Below are positions 47,337 to 57,865 of a stretch of DNA of 64,000 bases, piece by piece. This DNA is from Candidatus Latescibacterota bacterium. GTDB taxonomy: Bacteria > Latescibacterota > UBA2968 > GCA-2709665. The DNA lies in contig OZ241917.1 in the NCBI GenBank assembly GCA_965203805.1, forward strand, positions 4,576,001 through 4,640,000. The letters run 5' to 3'. Every line of letters begins with the position of its first letter. Position 1 is the stretch's first letter. Both the position numbers and the translations under genes were made by a program. The notes below the pieces were generated by a model, which ran no database searches, was not told the origin of the DNA, and was given only the letters and a program-made list of their open reading frames with translations.

Positions 47337-48737
47337 ATGTGGTTTTACGCGTTGTTCGGATTGCTATGGCGCAAAGGGACCGTCCTGTACCTCTTCGGCC
47401 AGGGATTGCCGATCGCGTATTTCCTGTTTGCCTATACGGACCAGCCATTCCCCGGTACACCCACGCCAGGCCGTCTTAATTTTCTCAGCTTTCTCATCGC
47501 GGCATTTATTGGACAGGATCTTGGGTTTGCCTTGCGCGAGCTTCAGCACACCCTGATCTCGTGGACGCTGCCCAAGCTGCGAAGGCGACTCTTCATTTCA
47601 TTGCTATTGGCCGGCATCGTCACCGCGATGACTGTGACGTGCGCATACAAATCGCTCGGCGGTCCTGGACCATCGCTCGCGATTCTCGCGTCTGTTCTCC
47701 TCTGGTATAGTATGGGAGTGGCCGTCGGAAGAGGTTCAATACCGAGATTTTGGAGTTTACGCATCTCCTATGACCAACTTTCGACTCTAACTCTGTTTCT
47801 ATTGGTCGTTGCCGGTTTTTCGATCAATCACATCGTCGATTTTTGCGGCACCCACGCCCTTCTGTGCGTCTTCGTGTCAATGCTGGGAGCCTCGTTCTTC
47901 CTCCATAGGAATCTTTCTGTCAACGTTGCCCGGCGGAATTCACAGATCTCCATAGCGGAACTGACGGCATGGAAGGGAGTTTCGAGGCGGAAATGGCAGC
48001 AAAGACGTCCGATTACCGGCCTGTTCAACTGGATCCGAGCCGGGGCATACGAAAACCACGGTTTCGTCCGCGGAGGATGGCCGGTCATCGCCGTCGGAAC
48101 GTCATGCATTGCCGCGCTAATAGTGACCGGTATGGCATACTACAAGGGATACAGCACGGGATCTCATGAAATGGGGATTCAGTTCATATACACTGCCATA
48201 TTCGATGCTTCATCGGTAAGGAATATACCCGTACTCATATCGATCTTTCCCGCCATGTTTGTTGCTTTCCATGCCGTGATCGGATCGTGTCATCTCAAGG
48301 GTAATTTGCACTATCCGCTTGCCCGTCACCAATTGGCAAGGCTCGCGTATTGGGGTAGTCTCGTTCACAACGCTGTTTTCTGTGGGATGCTGCTACTGAC
48401 CTTTCACCTTTCGGGAAGCCTGGCCTGGTTCAATACAGGAGGGGTGGCACCGTTCAAGCTTGTCCCTGATTCTGCCCTTCCACTCATCCTGATGTTTGCC
48501 TTCAGCCCGTTTCTTTCCTGGATGTGCCTGCGATATGGACAAAGTTCGCCTTCGAATGTAGTAATTCTGCTTCTCTACACATTTGTCGTTGGGTTGTTGG
48601 GTGTGCTATGGCTCGAAGAGGGTTCCGGCATTTCGGATCTCTATGGGATCATCGGGGGCATTGCGATGATTCTCCTCTCCCAGTTCCTCTTTCGCTATAA
48701 AATCGAGAGGTATTATCGAACCGCCGATCTCGTCTGA
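47337..48737 (+). CDS. Polytopic membrane protein, putative ABC permease, copy 2
   Basis: GGAG RBS; the same conserved blocks as 45956..47296; ends YYRTADLV. Confidence 0.7.
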   Translation: MWFYALFGLLWRKGTVLYLFGQGLPIAYFLFAYTDQPFPGTPTPGRLNFLSFLIAAFIGQDLGFALRELQHTLISWTLPKLRRRLFISLLLAGIVTAMTVTCAYKSLGGPGPSLAILASVLLWYSMGVAVGRGSIPRFWSLRISYDQLSTLTLFLLVVAGFSINHIVDFCGTHALLCVFVSMLGASFFLHRNLSVNVARRNSQISIAELTAWKGVSRRKWQQRRPITGLFNWIRAGAYENHGFVRGGWPVIAVGTSCIAALIVTGMAYYKGYSTGSHEMGIQFIYTAIFDASSVRNIPVLISIFPAMFVAFHAVIGSCHLKGNLHYPLARHQLARLAYWGSLVHNAVFCGMLLLTFHLSGSLAWFNTGGVAPFKLVPDSALPLILMFAFSPFLSWMCLRYGQSSPSNVVILLLYTFVVGLLGVLWLEEGSGISDLYGIIGGIAMILLSQFLFRYKIERYYRTADLV

Positions 48738-48772
48738 CGTTGCGATGCGTGGCGGCGGGTTTGGGATTTGCC

Positions 48773-51700
48773 CTACGGCAGTTCCTCGAATTCACTCCAG
48801 ATAGCGCCCGCTCTTGCCGCTTCGAGTCCGGTGGTCGGCAGGAGGAAAAAGAGCCCCTGAATCCGTTCCCCGGGTCCCATCCACCGTTCCAGGTTGCCAT
48901 TGAGAAAGCACCCGACCTCGCCCAGCGCGAACCCCGCGGCGCGCGCCCCCTCCCCGGCCGCGCTCAGGAACAACGCCTCTCCGTTCTTCCCGACGAGACC
49001 GCCCCATTTCCAGTTTCCGCCGCTGGTCCAGTGGGGCGCCGCAAGCGTTGAGACCGACTCGTCGGTCGCGTTATGGAACGTCGCGGTTCCGGGAGACGCG
49101 GCGAACGCCGGCCAGATTTCGAAGCCCACGTCCCCATCGGTGCCGATGCCGAGTTCGTCCCGACACGTCACGAGAACGGCCAGAACGTCCGCGCCGGGCG
49201 CCAGCAGATAATCCAGCGAGATCGACTGACCGCGGGCGTGCTCCTGCGCGATGCGGCAATAGACGCGCACCCCGCTCCAGACCAGTCCCTGGCGCCCCTT
49301 CCGTTCGATCACCCGGTACCGGAACCGTTCCTTGTAGAGCGTATCTTCCAGCCGCTCGTACTCCGGCGAAATGCCGCCGTGCCAGGGGTTCATCCAGGCG
49401 CGCGGCTCCGCGTCCGGATAAGGGCTGTTGAGATACTCCACGCCCTCCCGCCGCAGAGAGATCACGGATCCCAGGAAAGAAGGCGCGACCTTCACGGCCA
49501 GTATCCCGTTGTCTACTAAAATGACGCGTCCCTTCTCCAGGCGCGACACCGTCACCCTGCCGGAATCACCTGGAAGGATCAGCGCCTTTTCCCTGAACCT
49601 GTAGACTGCCTCCTCCGTCTCGAATCGAACGCCGATTTCATTCGCTCCGGGCCGGGTCCGGCCTGTAGGACGAAAGGCCACCTTCTGATCCACCGGGTTT
49701 GATTCACAGAGCCCCGTGACGTCGACGTCCGTCACGTCCGCGCTCAGGCCGACGGACGGTTCAACAATGAGTTCGCCGTCCAGCGTGTGCCTGCCGACGT
49801 GATCGAGGCGCAATGTGGCATCGGCGCGCTCTCCCGCCACGATCAGCGGGCGCGGTTCGATGCGGCACTCGATCGGCCTTCGCGTGGGCGCAGCCGATGT
49901 CTCGGTTTCCGGAACGCTGCCGAACATGGTCCGCCACCAGGCCCGGACCGTCTCCCGGTTCCCGTCTCCGGCAAAAACGTTGACAGGGTCCAGCGACCGC
50001 GACTCCCCCGGCTTCACGCGAACAGCTCGAGTTCGAAGACTGCCCCAGGGGCCTGGGCTCACACGCTCGGCCCGGTCCCACAGAATCCCGGTGGCACAGC
50101 CATCCTCTCTTTCCACGCAGAACCATCCCTCCGGCCAAGCTTCCGCTTCCTCCGAAAGCCTGAGGTCGTCCAGGTCCCGTCCTCCCGAACCGAAGGCCTG
50201 CCGGGCAACCCCTTGTCTTCCGGGCACGACCAGAGACGCAATGCGTCCCATTTGCATCCACCAGCTTTGCGACGCCGAAAGGTCCAGCGGCAGCGAAGTT
50301 CCATTGATTACCGTATCCTGCACCCCGACCAGCGGGCCCTGTCCAACCCGGACGTTTCTTTCCAGCCACACCCCCGGTCGTAACACGGAAGGGGTCCGCA
50401 GGCGGAGCACGACACCGAAGCCGTCCCGTTCGACCCGCGCCTCGGCCTTCTCCTGAAACAGGTCGCCGCCGGAAAAGGGCGGGCCGAGCCTCGGCGTCTG
50501 CAGCTTCAGCCGGCGGGCCCTCAGCGCTCGCAGCGTGTGAAAGATGTATAGCTCGCCGCTGCGCAGGCTCGCGCTGACCATCAGACCGCCGCCGCAGAGC
50601 AGGGCGCCGTCCGCGCCTACGCCGGCGGACACACCGCCCGGCTCAACGGCCAGCAGGTCCAGGCGTTTGGTCTTGACCGGAATGTCCTTGCTGTCCACCG
50701 AGGCGGTCGTCTCGACGTCGATCGCACCGGGTCCGGCCCCTGGAGCCGTCACCGGTACTGCCAACTCGGCCCCGCCCTTCGGGTCGAGCATCACCTGTTG
50801 TTCGCCCGCGACGATATCGACGCCACCTGCGGGCGCCACCCGAAGCCGCGCAGTGCAGGCCTCGTCCAGGTTCGACCGCAGGGTCAGCTTCGCTTCCTGC
50901 CGTTTTCCCGGCGTCAGGATCGAGCGAACGACATCCAGGGAAACGTCAACCGCCTGCCGCGCGGCGATCCCGGCCGCCAGTTCGATCCCCACGTCGTCGA
51001 TCGCCAGGTCGGTCCGTAGCACCGCCGCTTTGGGCTCCCGCGTCTTCTCCTCGATACCCGGATCGATGACGAACGTGCCCTCGATTTCGACGGCGTCCGA
51101 GACGTCCAGCGCCTCGCGCGTGTCGACATTGACACCCGGATCGCCTGAGGCTGCGAGAAAGACGCGCGCCGGTTGCGGCTTCCTGTTCTCGATGCGCCAG
51201 CGCACGGCGTGCGGGACGCCCGCGACCAGCTTCTCATCGGGCAGGCTGCACGACGCCATCAGATCGCCGGTCTCGATCTCGATGATCCCCCAGCTCTGCC
51301 GGTCGAACACCAGTCTGAGCAGGTCGCCGTCGGGCGCGCGCCACTCATATTCGTAGACCTTCACCCTGCCCCGCGTCATCACGTCTTCTTCGGTACGGAG
51401 TTCCCGCACCTGGGTGTCGTACCAGTCGTGCCTGGCAAAGAAAGCGGCGGCGAGCGGGTGCCGCCGGGCGGCGGGCGTGAAGTTTTCCATGTGCACCGAC
51501 GAGTCCGGCCGCCACATGAAACCCATCTTCTTGTACAGGGGTACGGCCTGCAGGTTTCCCGGCCAGGTGTAAAGGTCGACCTTCCGGCAGCCCGCCTCGT
51601 ACGCGCGGTCCATCGCGCCCCACAGCGCCGACTTCCCGTGCTTCTTCCCGTGGTAATCGGGATGGCAATTGAGGTGCGGGATAAACGCCTGCGCCTTCTG

Positions 51701-51940
51701 TCCCGGCGTGGTCCTGATCGTGCACAGGCTGATGATACGCTCTTCATTTTCCGTGACGATGGCCCCCAGCAGGTTGCTCTCCCTGATGCTTCGCTCCTGC
51801 TCCTCGGGACTCGTCTGCCAGCCGCCTCCTCCAGGCCAGCCCACGTCGGCTTCCATCTCGAGCATGGCGAGTTTCCGGGCGTCCCCTTCCCGCCAGTCCT
51901 CCACGAGGTTTCTGGTTTTATGGAGCAACGGCTCCTCCAT
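48773..51940 (-). CDS. Large protein with N-terminal GNAT acetyltransferase domain and long beta-rich C-terminal region
   Basis: LNCHPDYHGKKHGKSAL (acetyl-CoA motif A), VDLYTWPGNLQAVPLYKKMGF (motif B). Confidence 0.8.
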   Translation of the reverse strand: MEEPLLHKTRNLVEDWREGDARKLAMLEMEADVGWPGGGGWQTSPEEQERSIRESNLLGAIVTENEERIISLCTIRTTPGQKAQAFIPHLNCHPDYHGKKHGKSALWGAMDRAYEAGCRKVDLYTWPGNLQAVPLYKKMGFMWRPDSSVHMENFTPAARRHPLAAAFFARHDWYDTQVRELRTEEDVMTRGRVKVYEYEWRAPDGDLLRLVFDRQSWGIIEIETGDLMASCSLPDEKLVAGVPHAVRWRIENRKPQPARVFLAASGDPGVNVDTREALDVSDAVEIEGTFVIDPGIEEKTREPKAAVLRTDLAIDDVGIELAAGIAARQAVDVSLDVVRSILTPGKRQEAKLTLRSNLDEACTARLRVAPAGGVDIVAGEQQVMLDPKGGAELAVPVTAPGAGPGAIDVETTASVDSKDIPVKTKRLDLLAVEPGGVSAGVGADGALLCGGGLMVSASLRSGELYIFHTLRALRARRLKLQTPRLGPPFSGGDLFQEKAEARVERDGFGVVLRLRTPSVLRPGVWLERNVRVGQGPLVGVQDTVINGTSLPLDLSASQSWWMQMGRIASLVVPGRQGVARQAFGSGGRDLDDLRLSEEAEAWPEGWFCVEREDGCATGILWDRAERVSPGPWGSLRTRAVRVKPGESRSLDPVNVFAGDGNRETVRAWWRTMFGSVPETETSAAPTRRPIECRIEPRPLIVAGERADATLRLDHVGRHTLDGELIVEPSVGLSADVTDVDVTGLCESNPVDQKVAFRPTGRTRPGANEIGVRFETEEAVYRFREKALILPGDSGRVTVSRLEKGRVILVDNGILAVKVAPSFLGSVISLRREGVEYLNSPYPDAEPRAWMNPWHGGISPEYERLEDTLYKERFRYRVIERKGRQGLVWSGVRVYCRIAQEHARGQSISLDYLLAPGADVLAVLVTCRDELGIGTDGDVGFEIWPAFAASPGTATFHNATDESVSTLAAPHWTSGGNWKWGGLVGKNGEALFLSAAGEGARAAGFALGEVGCFLNGNLERWMGPGERIQGLFFLLPTTGLEAARAGAIWSEFEELP

Positions 51941-51975
51941 TCATTTGTTTCAGGCGCGGCTGTCTCCGTGCCCGA

Positions 51976-54309
51976 TCACTTCACCACGAAAGCCGCATCC
52001 TTTATGACCGTTTCGCCGCTGTTCACGTCCGTGACCGCCACCTGCAGCACCTGCCGTCCGGTGTTTCGTTGCCCCAGTTGCAGCGCCACGTACTCCACTT
52101 CCGAGCGTTGCGTTCCAACCAGCTCGTATGCCACCTCGACTTCCGCCCGCCGGTTTCCCCGCAGCCTCACAAGACGCGCGATATTGCCGATACCGGGTTT
52201 TCCCTCTTCACCCACGGTATAGGCCACGCGGTACCTTGTTTGCCCGAACGTGTCCCTGGCCAGATTGTAAATCTCGTAATACACATAGACGCTGTGACCC
52301 TTTCCATACGTGCGGGTCGGCATGGGTACAACGTATAGCTCTCCCTTGCTGAATTTGTCTTCCAGACTGGTCTCCGAAATGCGCCAGGCCAGTTCCAGGT
52401 CGCTCATCCGAAGACCTGTCTCCGGGTAGGCCTCCACCTGGATCGTCTGCCGGTACCGGCCGCGCCTGCCGGTGCGCCTGTCCCTCGCCTTCACTTCCAT
52501 CCGATAGTTGCCCTGCGGCACGTCCAGCCGAGCGACGTCCGGAATAAACCCATCCGACCGCTGTCCCATGTCTCCCTGTCGACGAAACCGAACGTCGCCT
52601 TCAGCGCGATACACCGACCCGGTTTTCATGTTCAACACGGCGATCGTCCTTTCAACCTCGAGCGTCGTCACGTCTTCGGCCTCCACGTATTGCGCCGCGT
52701 CCTGTGGAATTCCGACGTAGACTTCAAGTGCGGACGCTGCTTCTCCACGCCCTCGGAAGTCGGCCAGATCGTAGTAGAACTCCAGTGGATCTTCGTTCTC
52801 GGGCGGCTGGTAGTAGTTCGGCATCCGCGCGGCCGCCCGCATACTCACGTTTTTCGGACTGAACCTGTTGAACATGGCCATTCTTCGAATATCGATATCC
52901 ACGTCGACGGGTGCGGGTGCGAAGTCGAACTTCCCGGTCAGTCGCTCGTCCGTAAACGTCACCTCCATCCCGCCGCCCGCGCCGTTATAGACGTAGACCC
53001 AGCTCTCCCAAGGTACCATCGATTCGTCCGGCCGATTGGCGATCACCGGGCGGTAGGCGGGGGCCATGAATCCGCCGAAGTCATGCCCTTCGCGGATGCT
53101 GCGTACCGGAAATGCGACCAGGATGTCTCCCCAACTCGTATCCATCGGCGCGCCGTGAAGTTGCCGCGCGATCGATTCCTTTACCCGCTGGACCTCCAGA
53201 CTCTGCTGGAAATTCACCCAGTCAGACCTTGAGCGATGGTCGGGCTCGCCGAATCTTACGTATATCTCACCCCGCGTATCCCACGGCTGCTTCGCCTTGG
53301 CAAAGTGCTGCCGCGCGAACCACACGCGCCGGTAATGCTCCAATTGCCGCTCGTTGGCGGCTGTTGTCAGATCCGGGTCCCGGTCACCCCAGAACCGGGT
53401 AAGATATGCGTCCCTGTCGTGCGTCTGCGTAAAGGCCTCGTATTCGTCGGGAGAAGCCAGGAGACGGATATCCTCATACAACGCCCGTTCTGCAGGTTCA
53501 CACGCTTCGAAATATCTCTCATACGCAACCTCAGCCAGCCCAAGGGAATCCTGTGCGATGTAGGCGTTCGCGAGAACGAGCGACATTTCGATCGCATCGG
53601 GATGGTTCAGCATCTGCGTGCGCATCAGGTCGACAACGCGCGCGTGGTCGCCGGCTTTGCCGAACACCCCGGCCAGACGCAGCGTGACATCCAGATCGTC
53701 TGGCCGGAGAGACAGGTATCGCTCGTAGTGCTCCGCCGCGCGCACGTGATCTTCCTTGAATGTCTCATACCATTCACCAAGAAGCCGGTAGGCCGGCGCA
53801 AACGAGGCATCCATCCTGAGCAGCTTCTCCGCCTCGCGCCCCACGTCGTGTTCTCCCATCGCGTATCGCGCCTCGGCGATATGATACCGCGCTTCCAGGT
53901 AGTTCCGGTCGTATTGCAGCGCTTTCTTGAAGTAGTCGATCGCCGTGTACAGGCCTTTCGGTTTCTCCCGCCACACAAGGCCGAGTCCGTTGTATGCCGG
54001 AGCGTATCTGTGTTGCCGCCGCCGCGCGTCCATAAATGCCCGCTCAGCCGCCTTCAGATCGCCGGTCTTCAGACGTACGTGGCCGAGTCCGACGTAGGAC
54101 GGCGCGTGTTTCCCGTCGATTTCGATTGCAGCCCGGAATTTTACCAATGCCGCGTCCAGGCTGTCGCTATCGAGAAGGTACATTCCCTCACTGTAGAGTT
54201 TCTTAACCAGCGCCCGATCCTCAATGGACATCGACGTCGCCACGGCCTCCGTGCTAAAGAACGTCACCGCGGAAACGCCCAGGACCCACAAAACCGCTGC
54301 CGGTCTCAT
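51976..54309 (-). CDS. Secreted TPR + GWxTD-like domain protein
   Basis: Signal peptide; clear TPRs (YAPAYNGLG, LEARYHIA); FWGDRDPDLTTAANERQLEHYRRVWFA; WDTRGEIYVRFGEPD; MSDLELA..YYEIYNL. Confidence 0.85.
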   Translation of the reverse strand: MRPAAVLWVLGVSAVTFFSTEAVATSMSIEDRALVKKLYSEGMYLLDSDSLDAALVKFRAAIEIDGKHAPSYVGLGHVRLKTGDLKAAERAFMDARRRQHRYAPAYNGLGLVWREKPKGLYTAIDYFKKALQYDRNYLEARYHIAEARYAMGEHDVGREAEKLLRMDASFAPAYRLLGEWYETFKEDHVRAAEHYERYLSLRPDDLDVTLRLAGVFGKAGDHARVVDLMRTQMLNHPDAIEMSLVLANAYIAQDSLGLAEVAYERYFEACEPAERALYEDIRLLASPDEYEAFTQTHDRDAYLTRFWGDRDPDLTTAANERQLEHYRRVWFARQHFAKAKQPWDTRGEIYVRFGEPDHRSRSDWVNFQQSLEVQRVKESIARQLHGAPMDTSWGDILVAFPVRSIREGHDFGGFMAPAYRPVIANRPDESMVPWESWVYVYNGAGGGMEVTFTDERLTGKFDFAPAPVDVDIDIRRMAMFNRFSPKNVSMRAAARMPNYYQPPENEDPLEFYYDLADFRGRGEAASALEVYVGIPQDAAQYVEAEDVTTLEVERTIAVLNMKTGSVYRAEGDVRFRRQGDMGQRSDGFIPDVARLDVPQGNYRMEVKARDRRTGRRGRYRQTIQVEAYPETGLRMSDLELAWRISETSLEDKFSKGELYVVPMPTRTYGKGHSVYVYYEIYNLARDTFGQTRYRVAYTVGEEGKPGIGNIARLVRLRGNRRAEVEVAYELVGTQRSEVEYVALQLGQRNTGRQVLQVAVTDVNSGETVIKDAAFVVK

Positions 54310-54455
54310 TTTGGTACCTCCAGGAAATAGACAGTCCTGTCGGGGATATGGAGCCGCTTAAGGTGAGCAGGTCTGGGTCTACTCTTCCGATTGGACCGGA
54401 AATAACCACAATACGGTCCGGCGGGTGTCCGCAATTTGCTACCCGCTGGTCTTCT

Positions 54456-54487
54456 TCTTTGTGTCTTTGTGTCTTCGTGTCTTTGTG
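54456..54487. repeat. 8-bp tandem repeat TCTTYGTG x4
   Basis: TCTTTGTG TCTTTGTG TCTTCGTG TCTTTGTG in the intergenic region. Confidence 0.85.
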
Positions 54488-54533
54488 TGAGATGAATTCC
54501 GGCAATCTATCTCCCGATCGGATACGTCGATGC

Positions 54534-57500
54534 CTAATCCAGCACCAGTTCAACCGTCTTTTCACGCTCGGTGCGGGCGTGGTTGTCGCGGACTCTGACG
54601 GTGAGCAGAAACTCTCCGCTGCCGGCTTTGTTCAGGTCCAGCGCCAGAGATTCCCGTGTATCGGGAGAATCGCCGAAACGCTCGACCGTGACGGAAGTGG
54701 CGGGTTTTTCGCCGCTGCCGAAAATCCTGAGCAGCCGCTTGATTCCCTTCCTTTTCAGCCGGGTCAGCCCGTACGAAATATCGAACGAAGTTGTACCTCG
54801 ATCGTCGGGCGTCAGATTGTACAGCTCGAAATAGATATAAACCGGATCCTTGCGCGAAAATCGGAGAGAGGGATTGGGTACCGCATTGATTCCACGAAGG
54901 TTGAACCCATCGCTGCCTTTCGCGTCGGGCCTTATCACATGCGCGGGTACGACGCTGCTCATTTCCAGTTCCGTCTCCGAAAAGTCCGGAATTCGCACGC
55001 TCTGCTTCCAGCCCCCAAGCTGACGCCTCCGCGACGGCCGCAGGAAAAACGCCGCATGACTCGAGTCCGGGTCCGCGGAAAGCCTGAGTACGCCGAAACT
55101 CCGGTCTTCGTACCGGGACCGTTCAACCTGTGACTTTCGTACGTGTCCTGTAAGGTTCTCAAACCGGTTCCATTGCATGTCGTGCAGCGTCAGGCCGTAC
55201 TCGTAGATGGAAGACGTATCCGGCAGCGAGCCGTAGTCCTTATCCAGCGCTTTAAAGGGCATTCCATAATACAGCTCGACGTCCTCCCTGCCCGATTCGC
55301 CCTTGAAGAATGCCAGGTAGGACTCGTAGTCCAACGCATCCACGTCGTCCACCCATGAGTGCCGGTCCGTCTTGAGACCCATTTTTACGGAAGCGCGCGC
55401 TTCGCGTCTGGATTTCTCATTCTCCCACCGCAACCGCCGTCCATAATTCCCCGATCCTGAAAGGGACTCCACCAGCCGCCAGTTCGAACCCATACTGCTG
55501 GGTGTGGCGACAAAGTTGAACACCATCTTCGGGAATTCATCCGTCTTCCAGTAGTGCCAGATTTCTGCCATTGAGAACTTCTGCGTATCCGACGGACGGC
55601 CGTGCCGTATGTATACGAGTCCCGGATCGTTGAACCGGTCGTTCAACTCGATTGTACTCGGATACGGAATCTTGTCGTCTTTGTCGGGATCGTAGAACCA
55701 GGTACGAAATCCGTCGTAGATGTAATACCGTTCGACATACAGGATCCGTCGATAGTGCTCCGCCAGCCGTACGTTGGGAGACACGGCCGGAGTGGGATCC
55801 CGACTCGCCCATAACTTCCGGAAGAACTCCCGATGGGCTTCCGGCGTTTCGAGTCTGGAAAACGCATCCATCTCCTCTACGGTAACGATGTATTTGACGT
55901 CTTCATACATCAGCCGCGCGTCCAGCGAGTCCCGGATGTTCTCAACTGCCTTGTTGTAATGGCCCTCTCCGGCCTCCAGGTCATCGCGTCCGTAGGCAAT
56001 GCGCGCCAGCGAGAGGTAGGCCGGTATGACGCTCAACGAAGGATGCGACGCGATCCAGGTACGCAGCACCGTGTCTGCGCGGGCCGTTCGCCCGGCGAGA
56101 CGCAGGGCCTCGCCCTCGAAATAACGCGCGTATTCCGAACCATGCCTGCGCATCCATTTCAGTGCATCCTCCGGGTCCATATTATCCAGGAGATACAGGT
56201 ACAATCGTCGCAACCTGCGCCGATGCACGAGTTCGCCCGGCTTGATCCGCACCTGGTTTTCACCCAACTTGATCGCTTTGACAAATGCCTTGTCATAGCG
56301 TTTGAGTACTGCAAACTGATACAGCGCGTCACGGTATTGCGGCGCCTTATCCACGAGTTGTCTGAAGAACCGTTCCGATCGCCGCCAACTCAGCCACTGC
56401 ATCACGGTCGCCTGGTATTTCCCGGCTTCCCGGTGCGCGACTGCCAGTCGATAGAGTGCTTCCGAATTGTCCGGATTCTGCTTCAGAATCCGCGCTGACC
56501 ATTTCTTCTGGTCCCCCCAGTTCTCCTCCGCCATCGCCACGTCGCTCAACGCCATCAGCGCCGGAGGTGACTCCGGCGCCCGCTTCAGCGCCCGTTTCAG
56601 GTAATATTTGGCGTCCTCCCAGGCGTCCTGCCGCAAATATGTCCTTCCCAACCCCACGAAGGCCGGCGCATACCCATCGTCCTCCGAAATCGCATCTTCG
56701 AATTGCTGCTTCGCCTCGTCCAGTCTGCCCGCCGCCAGCAGCCCCATCCCCTGGTTGTACGCCGCCGGCCCGTCGGGGTCTGCCGCCAGCGCCGCTGCGG
56801 ATGCCGGGGGTCCGCTGACGCCCGCCGGAGAGGAACCCGGTTCCCGCATCCGTCGAGGAACGCGAAGGGACCCAAAGTCCGTTCCAGGGCCCGTCGACCG
56901 CTCGAAATCCGTGCGTCGCGTCCCCGGGTTGACGTTCAGGCGCCGCACAAGCGTGTCGCTGTCGACGAGATGGATCAGGCGGACGCCCTCCAGGTCGCGA
57001 ATCGCAACGGGTTCCGCGCGGTCCAGCAGCAGCCGTTCGGGCCGCGGCACCATCGTGGATGGAAAAACCAGCACCCCGCGCGCGGGCGGGTCCGCGGCGG
57101 CCGCCCCCGGCGGCGCGTGGGCGCCGGCCGGATCCGAGACCGAGACGACCGTTATCGGACCGATAATGCCCCCGCCGTGAGCTTCATCGAGGCCTTCTAC
57201 CGCGGCAGCAACCGCGCCGGCGCCGTACACGGACACCTCCGCCGCCACGTCTGCCGCCGTCTCCAGCGCATTTTCATCCGGCATCGCCTCACTCGCGAAT
57301 CCCGAGAACGCCGGAATATAGACCACGCGGATGGTATCGGTGTCCCAGACGTCCGCCGCCATCTGGCCGCGGGTACGATTCACCACCAGGACATTCGGCG
57401 TGGCGGGCGCCGGCATGATCAGATGGACGGGCGCGCTCCACCGCCCGGACAGGTCTTCATCCTTCGCAACGCGGTTCATGAACCCCATCAGGTTCAGGCT

Positions 57501-57860
57501 CACACGCGCGTCGATCCGGCGCATCCGGATATCGGCCAGCAGCAACCGGGTCTCATCCGCGCCGACCGAGCCCGCCTCCAGCGCCAGGTTCATCGCGTCG
57601 ACGTCCCGCTTGAGCTCCAGGAGCGACCTGCGGTTCCGGAGGCGCAGGTCCTTGAGCATCTCATCGAAGCCTTCGACGACGTAAGGTGTCGACCTGTCGG
57701 GTTTCACCGCGCGGGGAGAACCTCGCCCGTCCACCTTCAGACGAATGCTGTCCACCGGTCCACGGATTCCGCGTATACGCACATCCAGCGTATCGACCGC
57801 AGCCGTATCTGCGGCGGACAGCATCACAAGACTCAAAACGACAGGAATCACGCGTCGCAT
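54534..57860 (-). CDS. Secreted TPR + degenerate GWxTD-like domain protein with long N-terminal extension
   Basis: Signal MRRVIPVVLSLVMLSAA; TPRs; LWASRDPTP..NVRLAEHYRRILY; DPGLVYIRHGRP; VPNP..YFELYNL. An alternative GTG start lies at 57875. Confidence 0.8.
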   Translation of the reverse strand: MRRVIPVVLSLVMLSAADTAAVDTLDVRIRGIRGPVDSIRLKVDGRGSPRAVKPDRSTPYVVEGFDEMLKDLRLRNRRSLLELKRDVDAMNLALEAGSVGADETRLLLADIRMRRIDARVSLNLMGFMNRVAKDEDLSGRWSAPVHLIMPAPATPNVLVVNRTRGQMAADVWDTDTIRVVYIPAFSGFASEAMPDENALETAADVAAEVSVYGAGAVAAAVEGLDEAHGGGIIGPITVVSVSDPAGAHAPPGAAAADPPARGVLVFPSTMVPRPERLLLDRAEPVAIRDLEGVRLIHLVDSDTLVRRLNVNPGTRRTDFERSTGPGTDFGSLRVPRRMREPGSSPAGVSGPPASAAALAADPDGPAAYNQGMGLLAAGRLDEAKQQFEDAISEDDGYAPAFVGLGRTYLRQDAWEDAKYYLKRALKRAPESPPALMALSDVAMAEENWGDQKKWSARILKQNPDNSEALYRLAVAHREAGKYQATVMQWLSWRRSERFFRQLVDKAPQYRDALYQFAVLKRYDKAFVKAIKLGENQVRIKPGELVHRRRLRRLYLYLLDNMDPEDALKWMRRHGSEYARYFEGEALRLAGRTARADTVLRTWIASHPSLSVIPAYLSLARIAYGRDDLEAGEGHYNKAVENIRDSLDARLMYEDVKYIVTVEEMDAFSRLETPEAHREFFRKLWASRDPTPAVSPNVRLAEHYRRILYVERYYIYDGFRTWFYDPDKDDKIPYPSTIELNDRFNDPGLVYIRHGRPSDTQKFSMAEIWHYWKTDEFPKMVFNFVATPSSMGSNWRLVESLSGSGNYGRRLRWENEKSRREARASVKMGLKTDRHSWVDDVDALDYESYLAFFKGESGREDVELYYGMPFKALDKDYGSLPDTSSIYEYGLTLHDMQWNRFENLTGHVRKSQVERSRYEDRSFGVLRLSADPDSSHAAFFLRPSRRRQLGGWKQSVRIPDFSETELEMSSVVPAHVIRPDAKGSDGFNLRGINAVPNPSLRFSRKDPVYIYFELYNLTPDDRGTTSFDISYGLTRLKRKGIKRLLRIFGSGEKPATSVTVERFGDSPDTRESLALDLNKAGSGEFLLTVRVRDNHARTEREKTVELVLD

Positions 57861-57865
57861 AGCCG

